Of a stretch of 64,000 nucleotides of DNA, positions 24,301-37,589 are shown one piece after another. The number at the start of each line of letters is the position of its first letter. The stretch's first letter is position 1. The position numbers and the translations under genes are program-made. Origin of the DNA: Blasia pusilla (Eukaryota); assembly GCA_050084515.1 (NCBI GenBank), contig CM114271.1:1054001-1118000 (forward strand), read 5' to 3'. The notes beneath the pieces were generated by a model. The model worked only from the letters and a program-made list of their open reading frames with translations. It did not search any database and had not been told where the DNA came from.

Positions 24301-25277
24301 TCTCAGGCATCACAACAGAGGAGCTGTGCAGTCGGTGGATCGAGGTGGGAGCATTCTACCCGTTCGCTAGAAACCATGGCGACATCCAATCCAATCGCCA
24401 CGAGCTTTACGTGTGGGATTCTGTGGCCGAAATCTCCCGTTCCGTTCTCGGTATGAGGTACCGCCTCTTGCCATACCTTTACACTCTGGTGTATGAGGCT
24501 CACACATCCGGAGCTCCCATGGCCAGGCCTCTTTTCTACGAATTTCCCTCAGATTCCAACACTTGGGATGTTGACTTCCAATTCCTTCTCGGCAAAGCTC
24601 TTCTGGTGTCACCGGTCTTGACGGAGGGTGCCACCAGCGTGGATGCGTACTTCCCCACGGGAACGTGGTACAATCTGTTCGATCACACGCAGGTGATCAG
24701 CGAAACAGGTCGAGGCTCCATTAGAACTTTGCAGGCGCCCTTGGGAACTATCAACGTGCACGTTGCCGGGGGCTCCATCGTCGTAATGCAGGACGAAGCA
24801 CTAACCACAGCGCAAGCTCGCAGCACCAATTTCACTCTGCTCGTTGCATTCTCGGGCTCGTTTCCAGCTCAAGACTCGAGAGCTTCTGGCGAGCTCTTTC
24901 TAGACGACGGAGAAAGGCTGGAGATGCAGCTTGACGATGGATCCTCCACGCTGGTCACGTTCCACGCCATAGCATCGGAAACAGGAGGCTCGGTGGAATC
25001 AACACCGACGTTCGGAGATTTTGCGCTCAAGCATGTGCGATCTTGTGTCCACGAAATCATCCTTCTAGGTCTTCCCAACCCTCTGCCGCCCTCGGCGTCA
25101 GCCCTCACTCTCAACGATCGATCTTCCCCTGATTCTGTCACCATCACCAGTACCGCTCCCTCGGTCGTGCATATCTCCAATCTGCACCTCCCTTTAGATC
25201 AGAAGTTCTCCGTAGCTTGGCATCTCACTACAGTCTCCAGCGTCGTCACAACCTTCTCGCGCTTGAGCGATGAATAG
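20936..25277 (+). CDS. Secreted glycoside hydrolase family 31 (alpha-glucosidase / alpha-xylosidase-like), 4 exons, about 920 aa
   Basis: Exons 20936-21156, 21826-22481, 23258-23488, 23623-25277 (GT-AG, sum 2763 nt). Signal-peptide-like FLALVVVCSAFASSA. Motifs LVFKDQYLEIST, LYGLGE, HGVLLLNSNGMDV, GGILDFYFFAGP, HQCRWGY, WSDIDYMD, VWPGPVYFPDF, nucleophile WIDMNE, acid/base HWTGDN, GADICGF, GAFYPFARNH. The start is uncertain: in-frame ATGs also occur at 20906 and 20954. Confidence 0.95.
21265..21313. repeat. (GA)n microsatellite in GH31 intron 1
   Basis: About 24 GA units. Confidence 0.95.
21330..21465 (+). repeat. Dispersed repeat of about 135 bp, copy A (GH31 intron 1)
   Basis: Shares CTAGAGACTGGGATGGG, GAGAGAGGAAGAAGTGAAGAAGG and ATATGAGAGGAGGGAGACA with 32356-32496. 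Confidence 0.85.
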
Positions 25278-25875
25278 TCTCCCAAGCGTTTTTCATTTCA
25301 CTGATTGACTTCGATATCATCCCGTGGCACATTCTTGAGTTCTGAAAACCTCCATACCTGCGCGCATCTGTCCGACAGCATCCTCAGAGCTTTCTCGCGC
25401 GGTAGGGCATTGTTTGTTGTATCCTCATAGTTATCAATAGCCAGCAGATCTTTCTCGCGATTTGGAGATGAGTAGTCTCGTTCCTTTTGACATCGGATAA
25501 CGTCCGGCGTCCCTTGGATACAACAGTCTTTTGCTGGCACGTTCTTCAGCTAAAACCTTATCCACATATGCGGGCGTGTGTCCCAACAGCTAACTAGCAT
25601 CATCCTCATAGCTTTCCTTCTCCTCGGGAGATGAATAATCGGTTTCGCGTTTCGCGTTTCAAGCACACCGCATTAAACAATCTGTTGCTAGCACATTCTT
25701 GAGCTCAAACATTATCGTTAGCTGCGGGCGTGTCTCCCAACAGCTAACTAGCCTCAGCCTTCCTTCCCCTCGGGAAATGAATAATCTCTGTTCTCGATTG
25801 TAAACCGACACTGTTCGGCGTTTGGCGTTTCAAGCACACGGCTTTGAACAATCTGGGCCTGTACACATTCTTGAG
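25250..25875 (+). repeat. Degenerate tandem array (units of about 150-200 bp) spanning the GH31 stop codon and 3' region
   Basis: GCACATTCTTGAG-like motif at about 25327, 25537, 25691 and 25863. GATGAATAG-like motif at 25269, 25467, 25630 and 25776. GCGGGCGTGT.TCCCAACAGCTAACTAGC occurs twice. Confidence 0.8.
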
Positions 25876-27592
25876 ATCATATGTTCACTACTGCTCACTT
25901 ATTAATGATTTACTGTCTTATCACCTCAGTAATATCAACTTTTCCTCTTCCCATGTTGTGAACTTCAACTTGTGAATTTTCCCATTTCAACTTGGACTTC
26001 GGCAAGCGATTCTCCAAAAATAGTTTTTAACTTCAATTATCTTAGTCTTTCCAGTCCATTCAGTGGTTAACTTATTCAAACTAGCACATGTAAATATCTG
26101 CTCTTGCATTTGTGCAAAGGTTTAAAGTCGTTTCCTTGTTAATATTGTCCTGATTTCCAAGTAACTAAATTTTTGTAAGGTCGACGAGTGTGAAGGCGTA
26201 AACCCCTACTCAAGAAGCTTTGTAAGAGAAATTGTACATGGGCATAAAGACCTGCAAGAGTGAGCACATGAGACTAATGAGGTTATGTGCATTTAAACAT
26301 GAGAGATTCATATGATAGTTACAATACGACCTCCTTCACTTCCTAAGATAATGCTTGGAGTCTTGATTAAACCAGTGAGAGTGGTTAGCCATGGCAACTT
26401 ACACCACTAACTCACCACCAACTTCCGAAACTATGGTGGGTAGGTGCGCACACACATTCTCAGATGGTAAATTTTCACAAATGTTCACACTCTAGTGTCA
26501 TGAAACTTCTAGATTCTCTCCATTGCATTGAAACTTCATTGAAAGCCATCTTCAAGCCTAACTCAAGGAGCGAGTACCTAGTCGATTGTATCACAATACT
26601 ACAATGGTATATACCGCGACTTCATTGCCATGGTAAGTTGGTATTTATGTATCACAGTACTACAATGGCTTCTGCCCCGAGTTCCTTGCCATTTTAAGAT
26701 CTCGAATACCAAGACCACCCTCCAAACTATCTCCATAGATGGCAGAAGATTTGGGATTTTAATCATTAAATCATCATACATAATGCGAATGTAACCCGAA
26801 GTACACCTCCCACCCGAACGGATATAACCCGAAGTACAGACCCAGGAAAGTTAGGTGATACACAAATAATTAAACCAACCAAAAATACTATAACATTGAA
26901 TAAATCATGGCCTCTAAACATTTCATGGATGCATTCCCTAGGATACTACTCGGTACTGGCCAAGACCCTACTATCAATTCAGCAAGTTTTTTCCACCTTC
27001 TTGTTAAAAAATGAAGACATATCTCTGCTCCGTCAGATTTACAAATGTGGAGACTCAAGTAGTCACATTCGTTTATAGAAAATGTGGGTCAGTACATGGG
27101 AGATGCTCTTTTAAGGATTTCTGGATGTACCCCATCTTTGGATGTGATGCTCACATTTGGCTATATTACATGGATGGAATTGTGGGTTTCATCCATTAAA
27201 TGGACTGCAGTAGTTACACAAAAAACTGGTACACTATCTCTGTTTGTTCCATCCATTATTGCAATTCTAAGGTCCCGTCCATATCTGATTTTCTGTTTAG
27301 TAAGCAGAAAAATGTTATGAAGGTTGAAATTGGTATGTAGAGGCTGCAAGATCAGTGTAATTATGTGAGGGTATAGGAACTACATCTGCAGTCCACATGA
27401 AGACCCATAGTTCTACTACATCACCAAACGGGTGGACACAATTGCTTCCTGTCTAACGAGACTGTCCTGAGTCTTTGGACTTCATTAATTTTACAAGTTC
27501 TTGTGTTACAGATAAAAATGGTTCTCTAATGGCTTTACCACCCCACTGACTTGTGGGGTGGAGAATTCAATTCTAAGTTTTACGACTTCGTA

Positions 27593-30500
27593 TCATTCTG
27601 GCAGCGCTGGAACTGCTTTGTGTATGTCCAAGTAAGAAAGTCTACATGTCCCCAAAAGATGCTCAGGAAGTTCATCCTCCGTATTTGCCTGCATAAAACT
27701 TACAAATCTTAGATAGTTGGTAGACATCAAATGCACAGTGCAAGTTAAACCTTCCACATCAGACGACTCAAAAACTCAACAAGAGAAGAGTTATCCAACA
27801 AGTTATTGACCTTGCACATCATATTCGATAACTTACAACAACTGTGCATCACCGTACCTGTATAAGGAAAGCCATTTCAATAACTAGCTTACTGAGGTAC
27901 CCCACCACAAGATTCACCACCCCCTTTGCAACGGAAGATGAACCAATGTCCACATCCAGCTGCAGGTACCAAACATATTGATGAGTTACAATGTCAGCTG
28001 CATGTCAGCGCACACATGAAGGTAAAGCAAATCTTGTTCAAAACTCATCAACTCAAAATTTTGAGTCTCCCATAAATGAACTAAGCATACCCATGTGTAC
28101 AGGATATCCTCTAATGAGAGCAGAAGATTTCAGATCTGCCAATCCACAATATGTACCTCAATATAATTACTTCCCGTGTGGTAATTAATAGTCAGGGCCT
28201 GACCAATCAAGCAGGCTGTTTTCCCCACACTTTGTTTTACTATCCAGGAGCCCTGCAATCACATCACATTACAGGATTAGGTACTGGATTTGAAGCCGCT
28301 TTAACTTACACCATGAGTGCCAGCCCTGAAACTCCAATAGTAAGTATCTCATCATTGGGGACATGTAGACTTTCATGTAGATGATGTACAATGTCATCAT
28401 CTCACATCGGTGAACAGTAGTCAAGCCCTAAAAAATCAGTCAGAAATGTGTACCTTTGCTATGTGAGGAATGAGCTTGAAACGAGCATTCCGTAACCTAT
28501 CATCCCCATTTACAAATTTTTCGAGTAGTGGATCATCTTCTAAACGTCTGTGCGTCATGTAGTACAAAGCTAGTGAATAAGTTGTCGCCCCAGGAACCTG
28601 TGCAAAGAGAAATATAAATGCAATAAATACATCATCTTTTTCCAAATTCCACTTCATGACAATTTTGGAATATTCTGGTAAAATTCCAACAAAAAGGGCA
28701 GAAATAGATGTTAAGTAATCTATAAGATAGCATGTCCAGGAAATGCTACTCAATCCACATCCATTAATCTACAGTGACTCTTAACTAAAAGATTCACCAG
28801 CACTCGCCTATTTTGATTGTGCACTTCACATAAAAACCACTGTGAGAGAAGACATACTTGAAGATTGATGACAAAAAAGAATGGTGGGTGATCTTTCCCA
28901 TGTGTTCTCTGTAGAAGACCATTTCAAAAAACGTGATAATTAGTACCGCTAGCTCAAACTGTAGCTAGTTCATGCAAATGACTTGGACCCTTCCTTCCAT
29001 AACAAGAGGAAAAAATGCCTAATCCTTGGAACTATGTTAAACAGTTCAGTTGCTGCTGGACAAGAGCTGCGACTCTGCAGACCTGACCTGAAGATCTTTC
29101 TCCATTTATGTGTACAGGTTGAAAGAGCATCCATAAAGATCCATCTAGCTAGAGTATGATTAATATCCCAGTGCAACTGTACTTACACAGAGAGGAGACT
29201 CAAGACATATGACAAACCTGGAATCTGGATGTAATTGTCTGGACTACATTACTAGGACGACTGGCAAGATGATCCTCCCGCTTATTAGACTTCAACCAAT
29301 CAGCTGATATAAATTGCATCCACGGTTCCTCCGCTTTCACCTTCACTCCAGATCATTAATCCATTAGATCCTCCTAACTGCATCTTTTACCACCTCACTT
29401 CATATCAACAATGGCAAGAAACTGGACTCCATCTTCTTATATTCAAACTTGCAACACCATGAAATACCAGGGATACGGAGATTGTGCAGTACTTAGATAA
29501 GGATATTGTGCAGTATTTACAAAAAAATATCTGTGACAGCATGTGTACCTTTCGGTTGTTCCTCAAATACTGTTTACCACGGATAAGGAAAGTATCCACA
29601 TCAGCCGTGTTCCAGCAGCTAGACGTAACACATTCTGAGCTTTTCAAAAGAGAGCCTTCTTTGCAGAGGTTCTCAACCACATCTTCGTCGTCAATTCCAA
29701 CCTCACTGTGTTGTTTCTTCTGTACTGCTTGTCAATTGTGAAGCGTTTCAGGAGATTAACACCATTACATTTGATTGACTGAGACGAACATAGATCTTTC
29801 AGAAAGTTTACTTCTACTCAAAGGTTCTCAATTCAAACGTGGCCTGCCATTTCCTTGGTACTTTTTTTCTCTTAAATGTACTAAAATTGACTCCTTATGC
29901 TGTGCATCATTTAATTTACTATAAAACCTCTGATAGGGGCCTTGTCAGACTTTTTTATCCATCATGACTTTACACTTTTAAAGATATATTATTGGTAAAA
30001 AGTTGGAAAACTAAAAATGACTTAGTATTACCTGATGATGCCAGGTCATGTAAACGTTTCACAATAGTTGCCGCCGCAGAAAGCTTAGGAGCCCCAGGAG
30101 ACTGTAGACCCAATTGAACAAACAACTCAATTAATTATTCATCACTGTAGACGGCTCAACTTTGTAGTAATCTTAGCTAAATCACTCACAGCTCCATGAT
30201 TTCAAATCTGAGTCTCAGATCTTCACTAAGTTCGGTCTACATCATAGCCATGGTGATTTACATAGGAGATTACAAGAATAGGAACAGTTGAACTAGAACT
30301 AGAGTATACCTACTGAAAGCCAGACTATGCTTGTGGGTGTACCTGTAAGAAATCAGACATTAGGATTGCTGATTGTCAGCAACCTACCTCTATTGTCAAC
30401 TAGTAGTTAGTTATAAGTCCAGGACAGGAATGGCTTCCCAGTGACACACAAGTGAACAGCAACAGGTGTCACTAGTGAGAGACTAAGCTATCATGAACGT

Positions 30501-33500
30501 GAATGGCATTCAGAAGAGGTTTAATGAGCTGAACGCTGCAAACCACATTCCTTCTGGGTGTCCATGTCTTCCATCAGTTCTGTCTCTGTGCTGTATAGAT
30601 CAGTCTAATCCTACCATTTCCAACAACACAATCTCTAGGTGCCCTCCCAATGGGAATAGTCCCTCCAGACTCATAAGCTAACAGATAATCATGTGCCCTT
30701 GGCAACAGGCAGGGTAACATGGTTTAAACAAGACTCGAGCGAAGGAAAGAGTGGGGTAGAAGAGCCGCCATGTAGCGCCTCTGAACATTAAGGTTCTGTC
30801 ACAGTTTCTTAATAAAACTTAAACAGTCAGAGTTCCAACACGAGTTCCAACACAATCACTAGGATTCCTACGTACTGTATCCTATTAACACACTATAAAG
30901 AATGCTTATATAACTATGGAAATAAACTCCTCATCTGATCATGGTGACATTCAAGGCCACTCTCATAAGCTTTCCCAGTAAGGCTCTACTTGAGGAAGTT
31001 TGTTCGCTTGATCTTTCTGTGCAGAAAATAAGAGTGAAATCCACAGCAACTGAAGCTCTGTTGTTAATTCAACTTGCTCACCCAGCCAAATGAATAAAAG
31101 ACCTAGCATTTCCAAACCTACATACCTTACAGTCTTTGTATTTGCCACCCTCCTCTGAAGTCCCTTCTACTTCCTCATAACATCTAGACCCGTCATAGCC
31201 AACAGGGTCTTTCCACCAGGAAGGATCTTCTTGAACGTCATAGAATTCATCTCCTTCACCCAACTGCAGAAATGGACTGTTACCATCCGGTGTATTGTCT
31301 GGAGTTTCACATGTCTCTTCAAGTTTCGGGGAGGTTCCACCTGCCTTTTCTTCAGCAAATTTACCTAAGCCATGTCCATTAGCGCCATCTTTTACTAAAG
31401 AATCCGCGGAGGGTGAGGCCACAAGCAGAGGGGTAGTTGGCCTGACTTTGTACAGTTCTCTTAAAGCTGCAAGGCAATAAGATTAACATTCCGCAATTAT
31501 GTCAGAAATAAACCTTCCAAAGCTTTAGTAAAATTGGTACTTCACTCCAACTCCACAGCCCACTAGACATCCAAAAATGAGACCCTACAGCATTTGAGCT
31601 TGTAGTTCCAGTTACCTGCAACTCGTTCAAGAACCCGTAGAGTTACTTCTTGTCCACATTTGGAGTTCAAACAGGACTGCCAAACTTTCCATTCAGCCAT
31701 GATCATGTGCTTCACTAGTGACCGATTGTAATGATTACCATGCTGCGGAAGAGGAGAAATCACATACCCACCACCTGGTTCAACTTAGCCGTTAGTATTT
31801 TTAAGATGTATTTAGTAGAAAAAGAGTTTCAGTATGTATATGAATCCTGTAAGACTTGAGATTGCTGACAAAACTTCCACCATCACCTCAAAGCAATTCA
31901 GAGCCATTACATAGATTTTGAAAACTGTCATTTTGGCCACAGAAAGCTTTAACATCTCCAAGTACTTTAGGCATATATCTCTAAACACTTACTCTTCAGC
32001 TTTGCACGGACAGAGCCTCGGCGAGACGGACATTTAATATGAGTTACTGAGCGATAAAGTATTACTGCAAACAACCAGCCCAGAAGGAGATTTGAGAAAT
32101 AATTCGTGACAACAAAGAGAAAAAAAGACAGTCAATTGTGGATGATTCACTTGCGAAAGGCATTACGTATCATTTAGAACCGGCAGAGGATGGTAAACAG
32201 TACATGCTAGGAACTTTCAAAGGAATATGAGGAGAGATGCAGCTACCATAAGAGCCATCCTCCTCCCGTCTCCAGTAGCGAAGAAGTACCAAATCTCTAG
32301 GCTTCATATGCCTGTGTTCCAGAGACAAAATATAGTTATTAAGCAGTGCCAGTCATAGCCTGGTAACCATAGATCCTGTGCCATGATTGGATAGTACTAG
32401 AGACTGGGATGGGCGCAGAGAGAGGAAGAAGTGAAGAAGGCATCATATGAGAGGAGGGAGACAATATCATGTAATGTGAGTATGGCCATACAAAGTGCTG
32501 GTGTGGAATTTCCAACTGTCGACCAAGAAGCTCTTTACGACACGGAGACTATAAGTTAATACAAACCATGGAATCCAGCTTGTCTGGAGTTGTTTGTGGA
32601 TAATGTCAGTATGTCCATCAATGTGCTCAACAACTCTTCCTCGTAAATAGCAGAAATCCCATCTGCACAACCCTAGGAGGCATTAGGAAACAACTTGCCT
32701 CCACTAGGTCTGCCAGCAGCACTAAAAGATTCCACCAAACATTTGCAGAAGCTGGGTAAATATCAGAAAGAAAGACTTCTAAAGAAACTGGGAAACGACT
32801 TTACTATTTAGGTTTCAGTGTAGCCTACTCAGCACGTGAAGGTCCCAGTGCCATGACTGTCTCAAAGATGGACTCACAGGGGGCATTTACAACACCAACA
32901 GCCATAAAAGCTGGTTGGTCTTCTTTTAGCTGTGTCACAGATAACAAGTACCATCAGGTTTAGCAGCAGAAATTTCAAACCAAATGTAAATGCTTACACT
33001 CACAGAAATTGAAGTTTGGTGTTACCATATTTAGACATCCGAAATTTGGATGATCAGTTGTCTCCATAAATATCCGCAAACCTGTAAAAGAAAACTAGAT
33101 GCTTTTACATACAACCATGAAAATTCATCTACAAGCACTAATGAAAAAGTTCTAAAAGAAGCCTCCAGAACACACACGAGAATTTGAAAGATTTCTTAGT
33201 TTCAACTAACCCTGTGTGAGAAGGCTTACCATTCTTACAGCCAATTATCTTCCAAGGTGATGTAGCCACGACATCTGGAGATCCTTCTTTAAATGACAAA
33301 GCACCTGTCCAGTCTGGCACACCTAGACAAGCAGATTAAGTAGACATTAAAACTCATACCTCAAAAGAGTCTATGGAGCACGTGCTCATCTCATCTCCAC
33401 AGCCAGTCCAGAGAGAGCAAAAAGATCTGATATGTGTCAAAGATTACACATCATTGTCTAAGTCTGATTTCTAGCACTGTTACTAGAAATCTAGATCGGA

Positions 33501-36500
33501 ACAGCAAAAATACCTCCATCATCAGGTGAGAATGCCTCTTGACCAACAACCGAGTAGCTGACAAGCCCGGAATTACTCCTCCTCCTAAAATCAGTCAACA
33601 ATTTTCGGCCAAAAGGCTAACCATCAACAGTAACTCAATGTTATGAAGATGACACTGAAAGACCACAGAACCACCTCAAAACGGAAACAGGCTTGAAGCA
33701 CACAGGTAATTGAGGAGACAGTGATTGAGTACAACTTCTAAACCTCTAAAGGGACAAATTCCACCTACTACAAGACGTCCTCCATCCATAGAGGATTCAC
33801 AAAAGAGCTGAGTCCAGACAGATTCAAGAGTTTGGTAACTTAACATAAAGCTCTCTTGTCACAAAGCTATGATAGAACATTGTTTAGACAAAACAATAAC
33901 CTGAATGGCAGACGTCTTTTCCCAGCGGAAGGAACAAAACCACCTCCTTTTCCTTTGGTGGACCCTCCCTGAACAAAGCAAAGTTACTGTCGAGTCTTTT
34001 TCTCAAAAGTATATTGAATAACAATCATAAATTGACAGAAAGGCTGATTTTCGAGCATTCCATCCTACATGGTGATGATGAAAACTTAATGAGAGCAAAC
34101 TTACAAATGCGTAACCAACTACAAGTCATACTATGTCTACTATACATATTCAGCCAGTACTCTGCAGGAATTGGACTGATACCAAGTTCAGGAGTATTCA
34201 CAGTTCGTCTCGTATACCTGTTCAGCAGCTGTCTTAAACGCATTCATCCATTTGGCTGCTTCTTCTGCACTCCTCACCCCAAACTGACACCAGCACAGAT
34301 AGACCATAAAAATTAGCAAATGAAGACTGGCTTCTCCCCATACCTACTTGTGGGAAAACCTTTGACCGGGCCTTTACAAAACAAATACAAGGTTCTGCTG
34401 TTCTCCAAAACTGTAGGCTAGTATGCCTCATTACCCAACAAAATCCTGCATGTAACATGAACACCCCAGACTGGCCTGGTCTACCAATATATTCCCAACA
34501 TGAGCAACTTAGTCCAGTAGATGATGAACAAGGAGTACAAGACATCAACAAACCCCATACAGTGTTTGACAGCAAAAGAAAAGATAGAATCTGTTGGCTC
34601 CTTTCATTCTTACCTTTAACTGGTTCTCATTATCGATTGAATCATATATGGTGAAAACAAATAGGACCTGCAAAACCACAAAAAAGTGCAAATTTGTTTA
34701 CTTTCATTGAAGTAATTTCCATTCTTATGGTAGCGGCGGTAGCTATCACTTTAACCAACACTCGCTAGATGCTTGACTCCTATTCCATGAGAGATAGAAT
34801 TTGTACGCTTACTTGGCCATGAATAGTTTCCCGTCCATTATCTGCCACTCGTGTGTAAGGATCAATAACTCCTTTTTTTATGGGAACCTGCACATGGAGA
34901 CAGTTGTTCGTCATTAACAGACACCAAAGTCTCCACTCCATTCTTAGAACCAAACCTATGATTGTTGTCCATGCCTCCAGGCTGCGCTAAAATTACAAGC
35001 CCTCAATGAGCAAATCTCTGCCACTGGAGAGAAGGTAGATATTCGATCATATTCAAATGCCCGTATCCATTGCAGGGATCTAGCCAAAACTCCAATAAGG
35101 CAGCAATAAGGCATCCTCTTCAAGAACTCGGCTGACCTCAACAACAAGATAGCAGTTTAAACATGGATATCAGATGTGGCGCTCATGATTGTCAGCTGAA
35201 GACAGGCAAAGGGTACACGCCATTGAAGGCCTTGAAACATGCTAGTTCAAAGATTGATGCCTATCCCAAAGTCAATCAACTTGATTCGGGAACTAGGCTG
35301 CCAAGTCCAGTTTTGATGATGGTAAGTGGTCAAGCGGGATAAAACCGGCCATTTGTCAGCACAATGACTGCAGTAGCTGTTCTGCTCAAACAGCCCTTTC
35401 TGAGTTTTGACTCTATCCGGAGACAACGACTCTGTAGACATTACATTTCAATGAACACTCTGCAATGAGAAAGTTCCCTGCAAGGAAGTTATCATCCGAG
35501 CCTTCCCCAGCATCGACAAGATACGCTATATTCTTAATAACCTTGGGTTTAAGCACACCTCAAATGACTCTAAAACCGTTTCAGGGCTACAGGAGGTCAA
35601 TTGAGAGCCCTCAGGTAGAGGCAGGTGCGTACGTGTTTGTAAGAAATAAGTGGGCAATACCTTGGGCAGGAACGCAATAGACAGAATCACTACAAAGAAC
35701 CCCCAACGTTAATTGTCGGAGTTACGCGTATCTCCTTCACTCCCACATACATTCTGTCTCAGATACTTTACCTCTTCCCCATGAAACCAACTTTCCCACA
35801 CCAAAATGTGGATACCTCCAAGTTTGGCAGACACTCCGTACTGAAATTCTTGGGACTGTCAGTATCCGGGAAAGTAATTTTGTAAGGTCACCTTCAATGA
35901 TGTGAACACCATGCCATGCCAACTTCCAACCAACGTGACCTAGTGCTCTAAACTACTGTTTCGATCATCCTCCATATACCAGTTTCACGGCAGCATACAT
36001 TCGTGAAAATCACCTACCTCCTACAAGGAGTCCTCACTAGTGCGTCAAGTGTATCACAAAGAGGGCTTTCAGTCGTACTACACCGATCAACAAATAGTCT
36101 CTTCCATGATCTCCTGACTCTGGCTATGCGAACTCGAGACTGAACTTTCCACTACCTGAATGTTAATGATCCGGAATCCTACGATGAGGTAAAAAGTGTT
36201 TTCAATGCAATAAAGGACACTACTTTACTGAAAAATCTGGTAGAGTTCAGGTTCATTGACCGACTTTCACTAATCACGTTTAGCACTTTTAGTGTAGCGC
36301 TTTCCGTTGTCGCTGCACAATTCGACGTCTCACCTCGACTCAAGAAATCGGCAATATTTCACGTCCAAATCAGCCGATATCAGGTGTCTACAGAACATGA
36401 GAGTGTGTCCGCCCCATCCTCAGAAATGCCGGGAGATTTAATGAGTCCGTACAAGCGACGGTCGAGTTGAAACGACGGCAAGTGACCCCAAGGCAGATTA

Positions 36501-37589
36501 CCTCTACTCGGCCAAACCAGAACCTTGCACCCCAAGGAAGACTAGTACAGGAAACGAAACACATTCTCACGGTGCTGAATGGGCGCAAGGACCTGGTGAA
36601 GGCCCATTGACGACACTGGCCGGACAGGGTAAGTTATCGTTCTCTCGATTATTCCATTTCACGGACAATACTGCAGTTGAAGAACTGTAAACAGATGTCA
36701 GCGCCGCGGGGTACAACGATAGTGGATGTCCAGGGAACATCAACCCTACCAGACGAATGAAATGTGGTCCTAATTGAGGCACAAGACTCTCCGTTTCCCG
36801 TTAGGCCTTTGCTCGCTCGAATTTCTCCTCCTGATTGAAAGTTCCACGGTATTCATTCAATCACTAGATCTCTACTAGTACGTCCACCGCTACTACTCTG
36901 TGACCTCTTCGACTATATTCCCCTCCGTGCGTAATAGTATCGATTCCCTCACATGATATCCTACATATCGATTTGATCCACTTTAGTTCTGCAGCTAGTA
37001 TATCAAATTAAGAGCTCAACGAATACCCCGTCGCAAAGTGGGTCTCTAAAGGCACAAATTCGTGTTGTCATTTGAATGACTCCGTCAAGAATTTTACTTC
37101 CCCGCACACGAACCACTTAAGATAATTCTGAACGCTTCTGCTCAGGCAGAGCGGATCTTGAAATGATGAATGAATATGACAGTCAACCTCGTCATTAACG
37201 ACGATCACAACCCTCATTCTCGTAATGCTACAATCGTGTGATTAGAGACAGAATGAAGGCCCGAAAGGATACCACCGGGTAGTGCTTGTCTCAGCTGTAC
37301 CAGTCAATTTCCTTCCAGATCGCCTTGGGTTCTAGGTGTTAAACAAGATCACTTGATGTACTTCTACACAGCAAAGGTCACAAGACAAAGAAAAAAAAAG
37401 ATTTCCGAGAAAATGCCAGACCTCATCTTGGTGTGAAGGCTTTGCTTTGTAGCAGGATGCAAGACCCGCTTCTAAAACGAAGTAGCGCTTGTGCGGAAAC
37501 TGCCCGCGTAACCTTCTTGCAGCTATCAGAAACAACCATCCTTCCACCCGTTTTCCATCACCGCATTCCTCGACTCCGGTACCTCTCAT
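27593..37589 (-). CDS. PH + START + DUF1336 (EDR2_C) domain protein, EDR2-like family, 22 exons, 780 aa
   Basis: Exons 5'->3': 37422-37589, 34813-34887, 34614-34667, 34218-34283, 33901-33968, 33514-33584, 33230-33322, 33026-33081, 32829-32929, 32567-32662, 32247-32311, 31993-32064, 31616-31774, 31126-31466, 30032-30101, 29549-29724, 29218-29340, 28858-28908, 28454-28597, 28157-28252, 27858-27959, 27593-27688. All introns are GT-AG and the exons sum to 2343 nt. PH: EGWLFL..KRYFVL..EEAAKWMNAF. START: MAVGVV, EWDFC, VVEHIDGHTDI, RDLVLLRYWRREEDGSY, GGYVISP. DUF1336: FLIRGKQYL, ADWLKS, FFFVINLQVPG, RNARFKLIP, GSWIVKQSVG, ELDVDIGSS, EMAFLIQANTEDELPE. Confidence 0.94.
32356..32496 (+). repeat. Dispersed repeat of about 135-140 bp, copy B (EDR2-like intron 10)
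   Basis: Aligns by eye with 21330-21465 in the same genomic orientation. Confidence 0.85.

Noticed and set aside
23653..25180. Several minus-strand and alternative-frame ORFs
   Set aside because: Shadows of the GC-rich GH31 exon 4.
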